Positions 1 through 7,429 of a stretch of 53,614 nt of DNA are shown one piece after another. Source of the stretch: a virus; the IMG/VR virus record IMGVR_UViG_3300024346_000015, positions 1 through 53,614 of that record, one strand, 5' to 3'. Every line of letters starts with the position of its first letter. Position 1 is the first letter of the stretch. The notes under the pieces are model-generated. The model saw only the letters and a list, made by a program, of their open reading frames with translations. It was not told the origin of the DNA and did not search any database. Position numbers and translations under genes: made by a program.

Positions 1-599
1 TTCTCCTTACCGGAGTAGATACGATGTACATTATTCTGTACATCATAACCATAGTCTTCAAAGTCTTTGTACATCTGTTCCACTAGACTTGTAGTCGGAA
101 CAATAATGAGTGTCTTACCTTCGGTTCGTTCCTGAACCCATCGCATCAGATTATAGATGATGAAAGACTTACCCGATCCTGTCGGGGATAACAGTAACGC
201 CCTCTTCTCTTCTATACCGTGGACGATTGCGTCATACTGATATCCACGTGGTTCGAATGGCGCACCGTAGTCTTTGATCTCCTTCATCAAAGATGGGTGG
301 TCAACCTTGTTCTTAATCTCCGGATGACCAAACTCATCACTGTCCATCAACTGTAACGGGTAGTACCTATCTGCACAGAATTTCTTCAGATGTTTGTACA
401 GTCCAACAGGTAACGTCTTGGTCACCATGTTGAATAGTTTAATCTTCCCGTCCCACCGTCTTGCCTTAAACGCGGGCATGAACTTATGGCCAGGCACAAA
501 GAACGAGAAGTAATCTCGCAACTCTTGCGCTTGATGTGCGTTACACTGCACCATTAATAGTGAGTGACTCTGCAATCCTATGGTGATGTTGTTATCCAT
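1..599 (-). CDS. uvsW: UvsW SF2 DNA helicase, N-terminal part (runs off the left edge)
   Basis: Manual translation from ATG at 599: MDNNITIGLQSHS...LRDYFSFFVPGHKFMPAFKARRWDGKIKLF; Walker A LLSPTGSGKS near 170-195; located downstream of uvsY. Confidence 0.95.
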   Translation of the reverse strand, partial: MDNNITIGLQSHSLLMVQCNAHQAQELRDYFSFFVPGHKFMPAFKARRWDGKIKLFNMVTKTLPVGLYKHLKKFCADRYYPLQLMDSDEFGHPEIKNKVDHPSLMKEIKDYGAPFEPRGYQYDAIVHGIEEKRALLLSPTGSGKSFIIYNLMRWVQERTEGKTLIIVPTTSLVEQMYKDFEDYGYDVQNNVHRIYSGKE

Positions 600-837
600 T
601 GAGGGACTTATTCAACTCCGTGTATCCGCCAATGTGGTTCCACTCTTCACCTTCTACTGTGAAGATCTGAGGAACAGTGCGAAATACTTGACCAGCCACT
701 GACATCAACCGTTCCTGTTCGGTCAATGCGATTTGCGTTAGATCACGGTAATCATACTCCAGACCATTACGTTCCAGTAGATCCTTTGCTTGTCTGCAAT
801 ATCCACAGACGGGTGTTCCTACTACTATATACTTCAT
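592..837 (-). CDS. Glutaredoxin
   Basis: CGYC active site, TVPQIF and HIGGYTEL motifs, 81 aa. Confidence 0.93.
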   Translation of the reverse strand: MKYIVVGTPVCGYCRQAKDLLERNGLEYDYRDLTQIALTEQERLMSVAGQVFRTVPQIFTVEGEEWNHIGGYTELNKSLNG

Positions 838-838
838 C

Positions 839-1288
839 TTATGCTCCTGCCTCGAATTGTTTCCATCTGATCATATTTCCGATCGTTTGATGTCTCCAGT
901 TAAGGTTATTTACTATTTCATTAAGTGTCTCAATTACAGTCTTTAGGTATGCGACCTTCTCTTCACTACGTTGAATCTCCGGATCGGAGTCGTAGTAATG
1001 TTCCATCTCACCTTTCAGTATCTTCAGACCGTTGAACGGGTCTGGTTCCCACCCTTTAGATTTGAGGGTGTTCTCGTCCATCTTACCATTGTAGTACAAC
1101 CACTTATCCTTCAACAGAATCTTCTGTACGTGATCGGCACGTTTCAAGGACAACTTGGCTGTGGACAGGTATTGTAAATATTTTGCGTGTAACATCGGAG
1201 TGTTACGGGACGTTTCGTCCAGTTGATGTGTAGGGATCTGACAGTCTGTCTTCCACTCACTCAATATCAATTCTAAATCTAACTTCAT
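839..1288 (-). CDS. uvsY: UvsY recombination mediator
   Basis: LHAKYL, KWLYYNGK and C-terminal IGNMIRWKQFEAGA typical of T4-like UvsY; synteny g3-uvsY-uvsW. Confidence 0.92.
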   Translation of the reverse strand: MKLDLELILSEWKTDCQIPTHQLDETSRNTPMLHAKYLQYLSTAKLSLKRADHVQKILLKDKWLYYNGKMDENTLKSKGWEPDPFNGLKILKGEMEHYYDSDPEIQRSEEKVAYLKTVIETLNEIVNNLNWRHQTIGNMIRWKQFEAGA

Positions 1289-1291
1289 AAT

Positions 1292-1939
1292 TTATTCCTC
1301 ATTCTTTATATAGTCTACCATATCTAACCAATAGTCTTGATCAAAACCCAATGTAAAACTCAGTGTCATTCTATAACAGTCAGTGTACGCACAGTGATAT
1401 ATGACTGGTCTTTCTTCTTCGTAACTTGCGAAGTATCCTACCTTACACGACCAACCCTTCTTGTCATGCATTGTATTTATCTTTCCGTTATCTACCCATT
1501 TGAACCAACCATCTCCGGTCTCACTCCACGTGAATATCACATTGAACGATGCCGCGTTTGCGTTATTGTGCCAGTCTATGAATCCTTGAGGTGGATACAA
1601 CTGAGACAATGCAGAAGACTGTAACCCCAATTCTGTCTTGAGTCGATCGTTGACTTCCTCGAAGTCTTTCGTGTACAACGCCTTCGCTTCCGCATCCGGT
1701 TGATTATAGTGTTGAGGTTTTATTGGATGCGAGTACGCAGCTCCGGGCAGACCGTCATGATCTGACCCCTTCTTCATTAATTCGTTTAGGTATTCTTCGG
1801 ATGTGAAGTGATTGCCCTCACCAATATGTTGGCTCATACAATCACTCGTCTTCGTGACATCATATTTCTCACGATACAAATAACGAAATCTTTCTAATAT
1901 ATCAAGAACACGTTGGTTCTTCACTTCAATAAACTTCAT
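1292..1939 (-). CDS. Putative 2OG-Fe(II) oxygenase/cupin-fold protein, paralogue of 21625..22338
   Basis: YPPQGFIDWHNNANA...FTWSETGDG...IYHCA...R pattern resembles a double-stranded beta-helix with His-x-Asn...His; family assignment is inference. Confidence 0.6.
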   Translation of the reverse strand: MKFIEVKNQRVLDILERFRYLYREKYDVTKTSDCMSQHIGEGNHFTSEEYLNELMKKGSDHDGLPGAAYSHPIKPQHYNQPDAEAKALYTKDFEEVNDRLKTELGLQSSALSQLYPPQGFIDWHNNANAASFNVIFTWSETGDGWFKWVDNGKINTMHDKKGWSCKVGYFASYEEERPVIYHCAYTDCYRMTLSFTLGFDQDYWLDMVDYIKNEE

Positions 1940-1940
1940 A

Positions 1941-2432
1941 CTACCTCAGTTCAAATGACGAAAATCTAAACTCCACGTTGAATGTTAAGTACTGCACGGT
2001 CGATGTGTTTGCTTGTAACTGTATAGAACTAATGTTTGTTGGTATACAGTCTTTATATAGTATCTGCGTATTGGAGTTGTTATGACTCGTTAAGATACTT
2101 ACTACGATATCCTGATACGGACTAAACTGAGCATCAGTGTTGGATGTCTGAGGCGAGTTGATCGTACTCTCTAACCAAGACTGCATCTCTTTGTATGATG
2201 TCATGTTCTCGTCCAGTATGATATCCAAGGCAAGACTACCGTAAGTGATCTTGTCACCCGCTAATGGAATAGACGTTATGCGTGGCGTACCAAGTTCTAA
2301 CGGAGAAACCGTAGAGCCCGGATGCGTCACACCCTGTGCAAAGTACTCAAGGTTCGGGTAATTTTGCCTACTAATTATAACACGAAACCCAGTCGGTTGC
2401 AAGTAGTTTTTGTTTGCTGTTAGTTCTGCCAT
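1941..2432 (-). CDS. gp3: Tail tube terminator/tail completion protein gp3
   Basis: NKNYLQPTGF...YPNLEYFAQ...GDKITYG...ILDENM..Y.E...W motifs; late promoter upstream. Confidence 0.9.
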   Translation of the reverse strand: MAELTANKNYLQPTGFRVIISRQNYPNLEYFAQGVTHPGSTVSPLELGTPRITSIPLAGDKITYGSLALDIILDENMTSYKEMQSWLESTINSPQTSNTDAQFSPYQDIVVSILTSHNNSNTQILYKDCIPTNISSIQLQANTSTVQYLTFNVEFRFSSFELR

Positions 2433-2452
2433 TGATGTTCTCCTATACCTTC

Positions 2453-2460
2453 TATTTATA
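2453..2460 (-). promoter_or_regulatory. T4-type late promoter for g3
   Basis: TATTTATA on + strand = TATAAATA, 20 nt upstream of the g3 start. Confidence 0.85.
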
Positions 2461-2475
2461 CGATAAATAACTCAC

Positions 2476-3171
2476 ATGAACAGAGATATTAAAAAATTCC
2501 ACGAATGCGGTTATGTCATAGTTACCGACTTTCTCAGCGACTCGCAACATGAGGAGTTGGTGAAAGAATGTCATAATCTTGCCGACTTCGGTATGCATAA
2601 TCCCGATAAGTTTTGGGTTTTAAATGCACCAAACAATCCATGTAAACTTGACGGTGTAATGGAGTTGTCCGGTAAGTTATTTAGACTTGGTAGAAATGAG
2701 ACGTTGGTCAAGTATGCAAGGGAACTGATAGGGCCCGATATAGAGACCTATATCTCTAAGTTCTTTCCCATGATACCAAGGGAAGGATTCTCTGTAGACT
2801 GGCATCAAGACAATCATTACATAAAGGCAGATCCAAATAAGATGATCAGTTGTGATGTGTTTGTTGAAGGTGCGTCCAAAGAGAATGGTTGTCTACGTAT
2901 CATACCCAACTCTCAACATGAACTACTGCCCCACGAATTGACATCTCACGATGTATTCGATTGGATAGAAGATAGACATTGGGACAATATCATAGACATA
3001 GAACTAGACGAACCTTTTGCCATACTCTTTCACCCTCAGTTAATCCACAGTTGTTATCGTAACACTAGTGATCGATTTAGATACAGTGTTGCGTGGGAAT
3101 ATATCACCACCGATAACCACTCACCTATACACCGAGGGCATCATTCTCAAGATCGTTTAAATATCGCTTGA
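2476..3171 (+). CDS. PhyH/phytanoyl-CoA dioxygenase family 2OG-Fe(II) oxygenase
   Basis: FHECGY start, WHQD (HxD), ENGCLRIIPNS, LIHS...N.SDRFR motifs. Confidence 0.9.
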   Translation: MNRDIKKFHECGYVIVTDFLSDSQHEELVKECHNLADFGMHNPDKFWVLNAPNNPCKLDGVMELSGKLFRLGRNETLVKYARELIGPDIETYISKFFPMIPREGFSVDWHQDNHYIKADPNKMISCDVFVEGASKENGCLRIIPNSQHELLPHELTSHDVFDWIEDRHWDNIIDIELDEPFAILFHPQLIHSCYRNTSDRFRYSVAWEYITTDNHSPIHRGHHSQDRLNIA

Positions 3172-3196
3172 CTTAATTTGCTACATACTGTATAAT
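3168..3196 (+). promoter_or_regulatory. Sigma70-type (early) promoter for the DruA-like gene
   Basis: TTGACT (3168-3173), 17-nt spacer, TATAAT (3191-3196); GAGGA RBS before ATG 3222. Confidence 0.85.
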
Positions 3197-3221
3197 GTGT
3201 AACAGATGATGAGGAAAGTAA

Positions 3222-4352
3222 ATGATTTTAGAACATAAAGATGCGTTATACGCAGCAAATGCTTTTGATGAGTTCTTTGGAAACATAGAACGCATCGATG
3301 AATACATGAGACAGATCAAGATGGAACGTATGGAATCCTTTCCGTACTCTCTGCCTGGCATGGGGCCAGAAGAAGATCTGTTCAGCAACTTCGATATCCA
3401 TCCGTCAGAGATGGAGTTTGTAATACAAGAATCACCCGCACAACAGTTCATGTCCTACATGGAGATTGTCACGTCCGCACCCGTGGAAGCGTCAATTCCA
3501 GGCAAGGGACTGAAGTGGGTTATCAAAGAGAAGAATACTAACATGGTTGTTGGTATGATTCGTTTCGGTTCTCCTACTATTAATAGTAGACCACGGAACG
3601 AATGGTTAGGACGACCACTAGACAGTATGAATCCAGACGTAATGAAACGGTTCAATGACTCCGCAATCATGGGGTTCAACATTGTACCGACTCAACCGTT
3701 CGGTTACAACTATCTTGGTGGTAAGTTACTGGCCGCAATTTGTTGTTCCCACCACACACGTGAGGCATTGAACAAGAAGTACAATTCAAACTTCTGTATG
3801 TTCGAGACTACTTCGTTATACGGGTCAACAAAGTCTGCATCGCAGTATGATGGTATGAAACCATTTCTGCGGTTCAATGGTTTGACAGACTCAAACTTCT
3901 TACCACTAATCAATGACAACACTTACCGCAGACTTAGTGCATGGTTCGTTGAAAAGAATGGTGGTGAACCCTTGGTTCCTGTGGACGCCTCATCTCGTAA
4001 ACTAAAAACACAGACCAAGATGGCATCTATTATCAAAGCCTCTCTCAAGGTACATGATGAGAATGCCTATAAGAAGTTCTGTCAAACTTATTCGGATGCA
4101 AAGGGACTGACGGAACGTAAACGTTCTTTCGTGTCTACCTACGGGTACGACAACGTCCCTGCGTATTTGAACCTAGAAACCGATACATTGATCAAGAAAG
4201 AGAATTTCGACAGATTCTCTCTAGAGGGTGTTACTGCATGGTGGAAGAAGAATGCCATCAAACGTTATGACAAACTCAAGAGTGAAGGTCGTTTGCGTAG
4301 ACAAGTAGAGACTTGGAATGTAAATGCAGACGACATTGATATTATAAGATAA
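3222..4352 (+). CDS. DUF4338/DruA-like protein (possible GNAT/Mom-related fold)
   Basis: GSP...PRNEWLG, PFGYNYLGGKLLA and ETTSLYGS..SQYDG motifs recalled for DUF4338 proteins; the fold link is inference. Confidence 0.7.
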   Translation: MILEHKDALYAANAFDEFFGNIERIDEYMRQIKMERMESFPYSLPGMGPEEDLFSNFDIHPSEMEFVIQESPAQQFMSYMEIVTSAPVEASIPGKGLKWVIKEKNTNMVVGMIRFGSPTINSRPRNEWLGRPLDSMNPDVMKRFNDSAIMGFNIVPTQPFGYNYLGGKLLAAICCSHHTREALNKKYNSNFCMFETTSLYGSTKSASQYDGMKPFLRFNGLTDSNFLPLINDNTYRRLSAWFVEKNGGEPLVPVDASSRKLKTQTKMASIIKASLKVHDENAYKKFCQTYSDAKGLTERKRSFVSTYGYDNVPAYLNLETDTLIKKENFDRFSLEGVTAWWKKNAIKRYDKLKSEGRLRRQVETWNVNADDIDIIR

Positions 4353-4433
4353 GAGTCTTATATATACTACTGTGTTCTATAATCCTCAATGAGTTTTATA
4401 TTTCACTTAATTTAATCCAATAGGAAAATAACT

Positions 4434-5420
4434 ATGTCAATCATAACACTAGCTGATTATGTCAGCACAAATACAGACCATATCGCGTTACCCGACTACA
4501 CTGACCTTGGTGTAGAATCCGTAGAAAACATTGTACTATCTTTTGACCAGATTCATATCGATGATATCACTGGCAACGTAGGTAAGGTAGACACCCACAC
4601 TGGCGCTGAGATCGAACAACTTAGGTTGTCTTTCGCTGACGGTGTCGATTCCCAAGAGTTTCCACCCGCAGTTTATTACCGTGGTGCGGCGTTTAGTAAA
4701 CCATACGTCCTTGTATATGGTTACGGTAGATCCGAAGCGATTCGTGCTTTGGGACAAAAAGAGTGGATCTTTACTTTGTTCGCTGGTACACCAGAACAGA
4801 TGGAAGATGTACAGGCACAAGAGAACGAGGGATATCCCAAGCGATTCAACAAAGAAGTCGATATGCGTAAACACCTGAGTCGCAAAGTTGCAAATGGTCG
4901 CATCAAGAATACAGAGAAGGCGATTACCAAAGAGTTCATTAGAATCTACGGTAAGACACGAGATAAGACTTGTCGTAACCGTGTAGTGAAAATGGTTATG
5001 GAAGCGGCAGATACGCCACAACCGTATATCCTATATACCTCTGTCCCTAAAGTACAGGATTGGGTATCTAACCACTCTTCGGTAGAACATGTTATCGGTG
5101 GTGAGTTCAGTGAGGAAACCAACTCATACGGTGTATGTATCGGTGAAGGTTATCAGTATCGTGTTATCATGCAGGCTGTTAATCGTTACATGGAGACAGG
5201 TAAGTTTACCAACCTTATTGGTCATGTAGGCGCACCGACTTCAAAGGCGACACTAGAGATCAAACGAAAGAGATTTGTTGATCAGTTAAATACACACAGA
5301 CAGGCATTAGAGTATTGTGGGTTGACTACATTCCCCGTGAGACTTCTTGGTTTCTTACCACAAGAACAGGGTAAAGAAAGTTTGAAACAATTAGTAAAAT
5401 ATTCCTTGCCAAACAACTAG
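4434..5420 (+). CDS. Hypothetical protein, possibly with a divergent ParB/Srx-like N-terminal domain
   Basis: 328-aa ORF with AGGA RBS; PPAV...YVLVYGYGRSEAIRALG resembles the ParB Y.I.DG.HR..A...LG motif. Confidence 0.55.
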   Translation: MSIITLADYVSTNTDHIALPDYTDLGVESVENIVLSFDQIHIDDITGNVGKVDTHTGAEIEQLRLSFADGVDSQEFPPAVYYRGAAFSKPYVLVYGYGRSEAIRALGQKEWIFTLFAGTPEQMEDVQAQENEGYPKRFNKEVDMRKHLSRKVANGRIKNTEKAITKEFIRIYGKTRDKTCRNRVVKMVMEAADTPQPYILYTSVPKVQDWVSNHSSVEHVIGGEFSEETNSYGVCIGEGYQYRVIMQAVNRYMETGKFTNLIGHVGAPTSKATLEIKRKRFVDQLNTHRQALEYCGLTTFPVRLLGFLPQEQGKESLKQLVKYSLPNN

Positions 5421-5435
5421 AGTTTGTGTTATAAT
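5406..5435 (+). promoter_or_regulatory. Sigma70-type promoter with extended -10 for the tRNA
   Basis: TTGCCA (5406-5411), 18-nt spacer, TGnTATAAT (5427-5435), 13 nt before the tRNA 5' end. Confidence 0.8.
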
Positions 5436-5448
5436 ATACCCATATTAT

Positions 5449-5520
5449 GCGGAGTTAGTATAATGATTACGTTAGGTGTCCAACCTAAAGATGGGGGTTC
5501 AAGTCCTCTGCTCCGCTCCA
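5449..5520 (+). tRNA. tRNA-Gly (anticodon TCC), non-canonical, with encoded CCA
   Basis: Cloverleaf GCGGAGT-TA-GTAT-AATGA-TTAC-G-TTAGG-TGTCCAA-CCTAA-AGAT-GGGGG-TTCAAGT-CCTCT-GCTCCGC-T-CCA; G1-C72, C2-G71, G3-C70 and U73 are Gly identity elements. Confidence 0.9.
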
Positions 5521-5531
5521 AACATTTTTCC

Positions 5532-5555
5532 CCCCACTTCGGTGGGGTTTTTTTT
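5532..5555 (+). terminator. Rho-independent terminator after the tRNA
   Basis: CCCCAC-TTCG-GTGGGG hairpin followed by T8. Confidence 0.92.
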
Positions 5556-5580
5556 GGGTGCCATCCTTGGCTATCTTACT

Positions 5581-5787
5581 CTATTCCCCTTCTGGTGCTG
5601 TTGCATCTGTGCCAGTCTTTTCCGCAACATCTTTAATCAAATTTGATGTCACATCTAACACACCGGCAGTTACACCAAAGACATCTGAACCAACACCTTT
5701 AATAACACCACCAGTACCATCGATAGTTGCATCGACAGTTGAACAAGCAGACAGAACTAATGCGAATGCAATTGCAATAAAACGCAT
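5581..5787 (-). CDS. Small lipoprotein, entericidin-like
   Basis: Signal peptide with lipobox LSAC, then a Gly-rich amphipathic helix; AGGAG RBS; late promoter at 5890. Confidence 0.8.
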   Translation of the reverse strand: MRFIAIAFALVLSACSTVDATIDGTGGVIKGVGSDVFGVTAGVLDVTSNLIKDVAEKTGTDATAPEGE

Positions 5788-5889
5788 AATACTCTCCTGT
5801 TTCTAGATTGCTGGATAACCAGATTCCGACTAACGCTTACCCGTATAGGGCATCCCCCGTTGTTACTTTGTCCAGTTCGTGAACATAGG

Positions 5890-5897
5890 TATTTATA
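5890..5897 (-). promoter_or_regulatory. T4-type late promoter
   Basis: TATAAATA on the minus strand. Confidence 0.75.
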
Positions 5898-5996
5898 CGT
5901 ATAGTAAAATCTTCTATCCAGTAATTCCGGCTGTGGTTTCCTATCCACTCATGTGCAGTACGTACCACTTGATACGCAGAACATCTTCCTTATATC

Positions 5997-6004
5997 TATT
6001 TATA
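5997..6004 (-). promoter_or_regulatory. T4-type late promoter just downstream of the g23 terminator
   Basis: CGTATAAATAG on the minus strand. Confidence 0.75.
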
Positions 6005-6009
6005 CGCAT

Positions 6010-6035
6010 AAAAAAAGGGACTCCGAAGAGTCCCT
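6010..6035 (-). terminator. Rho-independent terminator of g23
   Basis: AGGGACTC-TTCG-GAGTCCCT followed by a T run on the minus strand. Confidence 0.93.
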
Positions 6036-6077
6036 CTAAAATGTGGTGAGTTAACCTCACTCTTATTTTTATACTTC

Positions 6078-7418
6078 TTATGTGAGGATGTTGTCCACAC
6101 GGAAGATGCGGTAGTACTGGTTGCTTTTCGCAGCAGCAAGACCATTGCTAGTAGGTGTAGAACCAACATATGGGTTAGAAGCCATGCCGTAGCGAGTCTT
6201 GAAACCGATTTTTGGTTGGAACGTATCTTCACCAACAGCCTTAACCATCTGTAAAGGAACATATGGGCAGTAGAATACACCACTGTCGTATGCGTTTTGA
6301 CCTTTATAGCCTACAGTACAGTAGTCAGTCTGGGCATATGGATCGATGTACACTTTGATGCGACCGTTAAGTACACCAGCGAAAGTGTTACCAGTGTCAT
6401 CAACCTGAAGGTTGTTAGACATAGCAGGACTGTAGTCCAAAGTACCAGCAGCAGCAAGTGCAGTAGCAACATCTGAAGAACAGATAAGTACGTTACCTTT
6501 ACCACGGCGAGTTTCTTTAGCAATCACGTTACATTCGCGATCGATCTGAACAGTCAGACCTTTGAACTTCTCAGCAGACCAACGACCGTCAGCATCTGAA
6601 GACAGATCGAAGACACCGCTCTTAGTAACGTTAGCTTGCAACGCACCAGTTTTAGCTTGACTGTTGATAGTACGAATTACTTCGCGGTTGATTTCAGCAA
6701 GGATCTCAGTTGACAAGATGTTCGCCAACTCAGTTTCTGCGTCTAGACCGTGGATTGCTTTAAGGTCTTGAGCAAGTTCCAAAGAGTACTCAGCTTTCAA
6801 CGCACGAGATACAGCAGTAACACTTTGCTTCTCGATGGTGAAACCCATTTCTTTGAAAGTAGAACCACCGGAAGAACCAAGTGCTTCAGCAGAACCAGTA
6901 GGCATACCAGTTGCGCCAAGAGCAAGAAGACGGTTGTCGTCTAAAGAACCATCTGGAGTAGCAGAATCAGAGATTCCAGCGAAACCAGAAACGTTGTCAC
7001 TGTCGTGAGTACCAGCAGAGTCGCCAGAGAACTGAGTCTCAGCTTCACCGAAGAGTGCTTCACGTGAACCAGTTGCACCAGAACCATATCGTGCCTTCAT
7101 GGCAAAGATAAGACCAGTGGGGCCGTTCATAGGTTGTACACCACATACATCGTATGCGATAAGGTTAGGCATCGCACGGCGAACCAAAGAGATCAAGATA
7201 GGATCCCAAGTTCCGATTGAACCAGTGTTAGCACCAGCAGGTGCAGCTTCGGTCATGAATCCCATCTCAGCAGAACGTGACTCGGCCATTGCGCGTTCTT
7301 GGTTTTCCAAGATTGCAGCAGTTACCGCTTTACGGTGGTGATCAGTGATTGCGCCAGCAGAACCTTCGTTCAGTACTGGAGACCATTTTTCGATAAGAGT
7401 ATCGTAAGATTGTTGCAT
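6078..7418 (-). CDS. gp23: Major capsid protein gp23
   Basis: LVRRAMPNLIAYDVCGVQPM.GPTGLIFAM, LKAEYSLELAQDLKAIHGLDAE, FQPKIGFKTRYG. Confidence 0.99.
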   Translation of the reverse strand: MQQSYDTLIEKWSPVLNEGSAGAITDHHRKAVTAAILENQERAMAESRSAEMGFMTEAAPAGANTGSIGTWDPILISLVRRAMPNLIAYDVCGVQPMNGPTGLIFAMKARYGSGATGSREALFGEAETQFSGDSAGTHDSDNVSGFAGISDSATPDGSLDDNRLLALGATGMPTGSAEALGSSGGSTFKEMGFTIEKQSVTAVSRALKAEYSLELAQDLKAIHGLDAETELANILSTEILAEINREVIRTINSQAKTGALQANVTKSGVFDLSSDADGRWSAEKFKGLTVQIDRECNVIAKETRRGKGNVLICSSDVATALAAAGTLDYSPAMSNNLQVDDTGNTFAGVLNGRIKVYIDPYAQTDYCTVGYKGQNAYDSGVFYCPYVPLQMVKAVGEDTFQPKIGFKTRYGMASNPYVGSTPTSNGLAAAKSNQYYRIFRVDNILT

Positions 7419-7429
7419 TTTAATAATCC

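Noticed and set aside
3222-4352. Complete Druantia defence system
   Set aside because: No DruE helicase or other dru genes are nearby; only a lone DruA-like gene
4336-4383. Promoter for the ParB-like gene
   Set aside because: A TATAAT at 4378-4383 and a TTGATA exist, but the spacing is not convincing enough to call
2225-4510. Extending the GCC-overlap rule to CCWWGG
   Set aside because: Counter-examples exist (ACCAAGGG near 2775, ACCTTGGT near 4504)
5449-5520. Reading the tRNA as Asp (GTC in the loop)
   Set aside because: The stem places TCC at positions 34-36, and the acceptor stem and U73 are Gly determinants (Asp uses G73)
5424-5636. 70-aa plus-strand ORF
   Set aside because: It overlaps the promoter, tRNA and terminator, so it is spurious
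5757-6283. Minus-strand ORFs 5757..5948 and 5996..6283
   Set aside because: They overlap the lipoprotein start, late promoters, the g23 end and its terminator; no recognisable motifs
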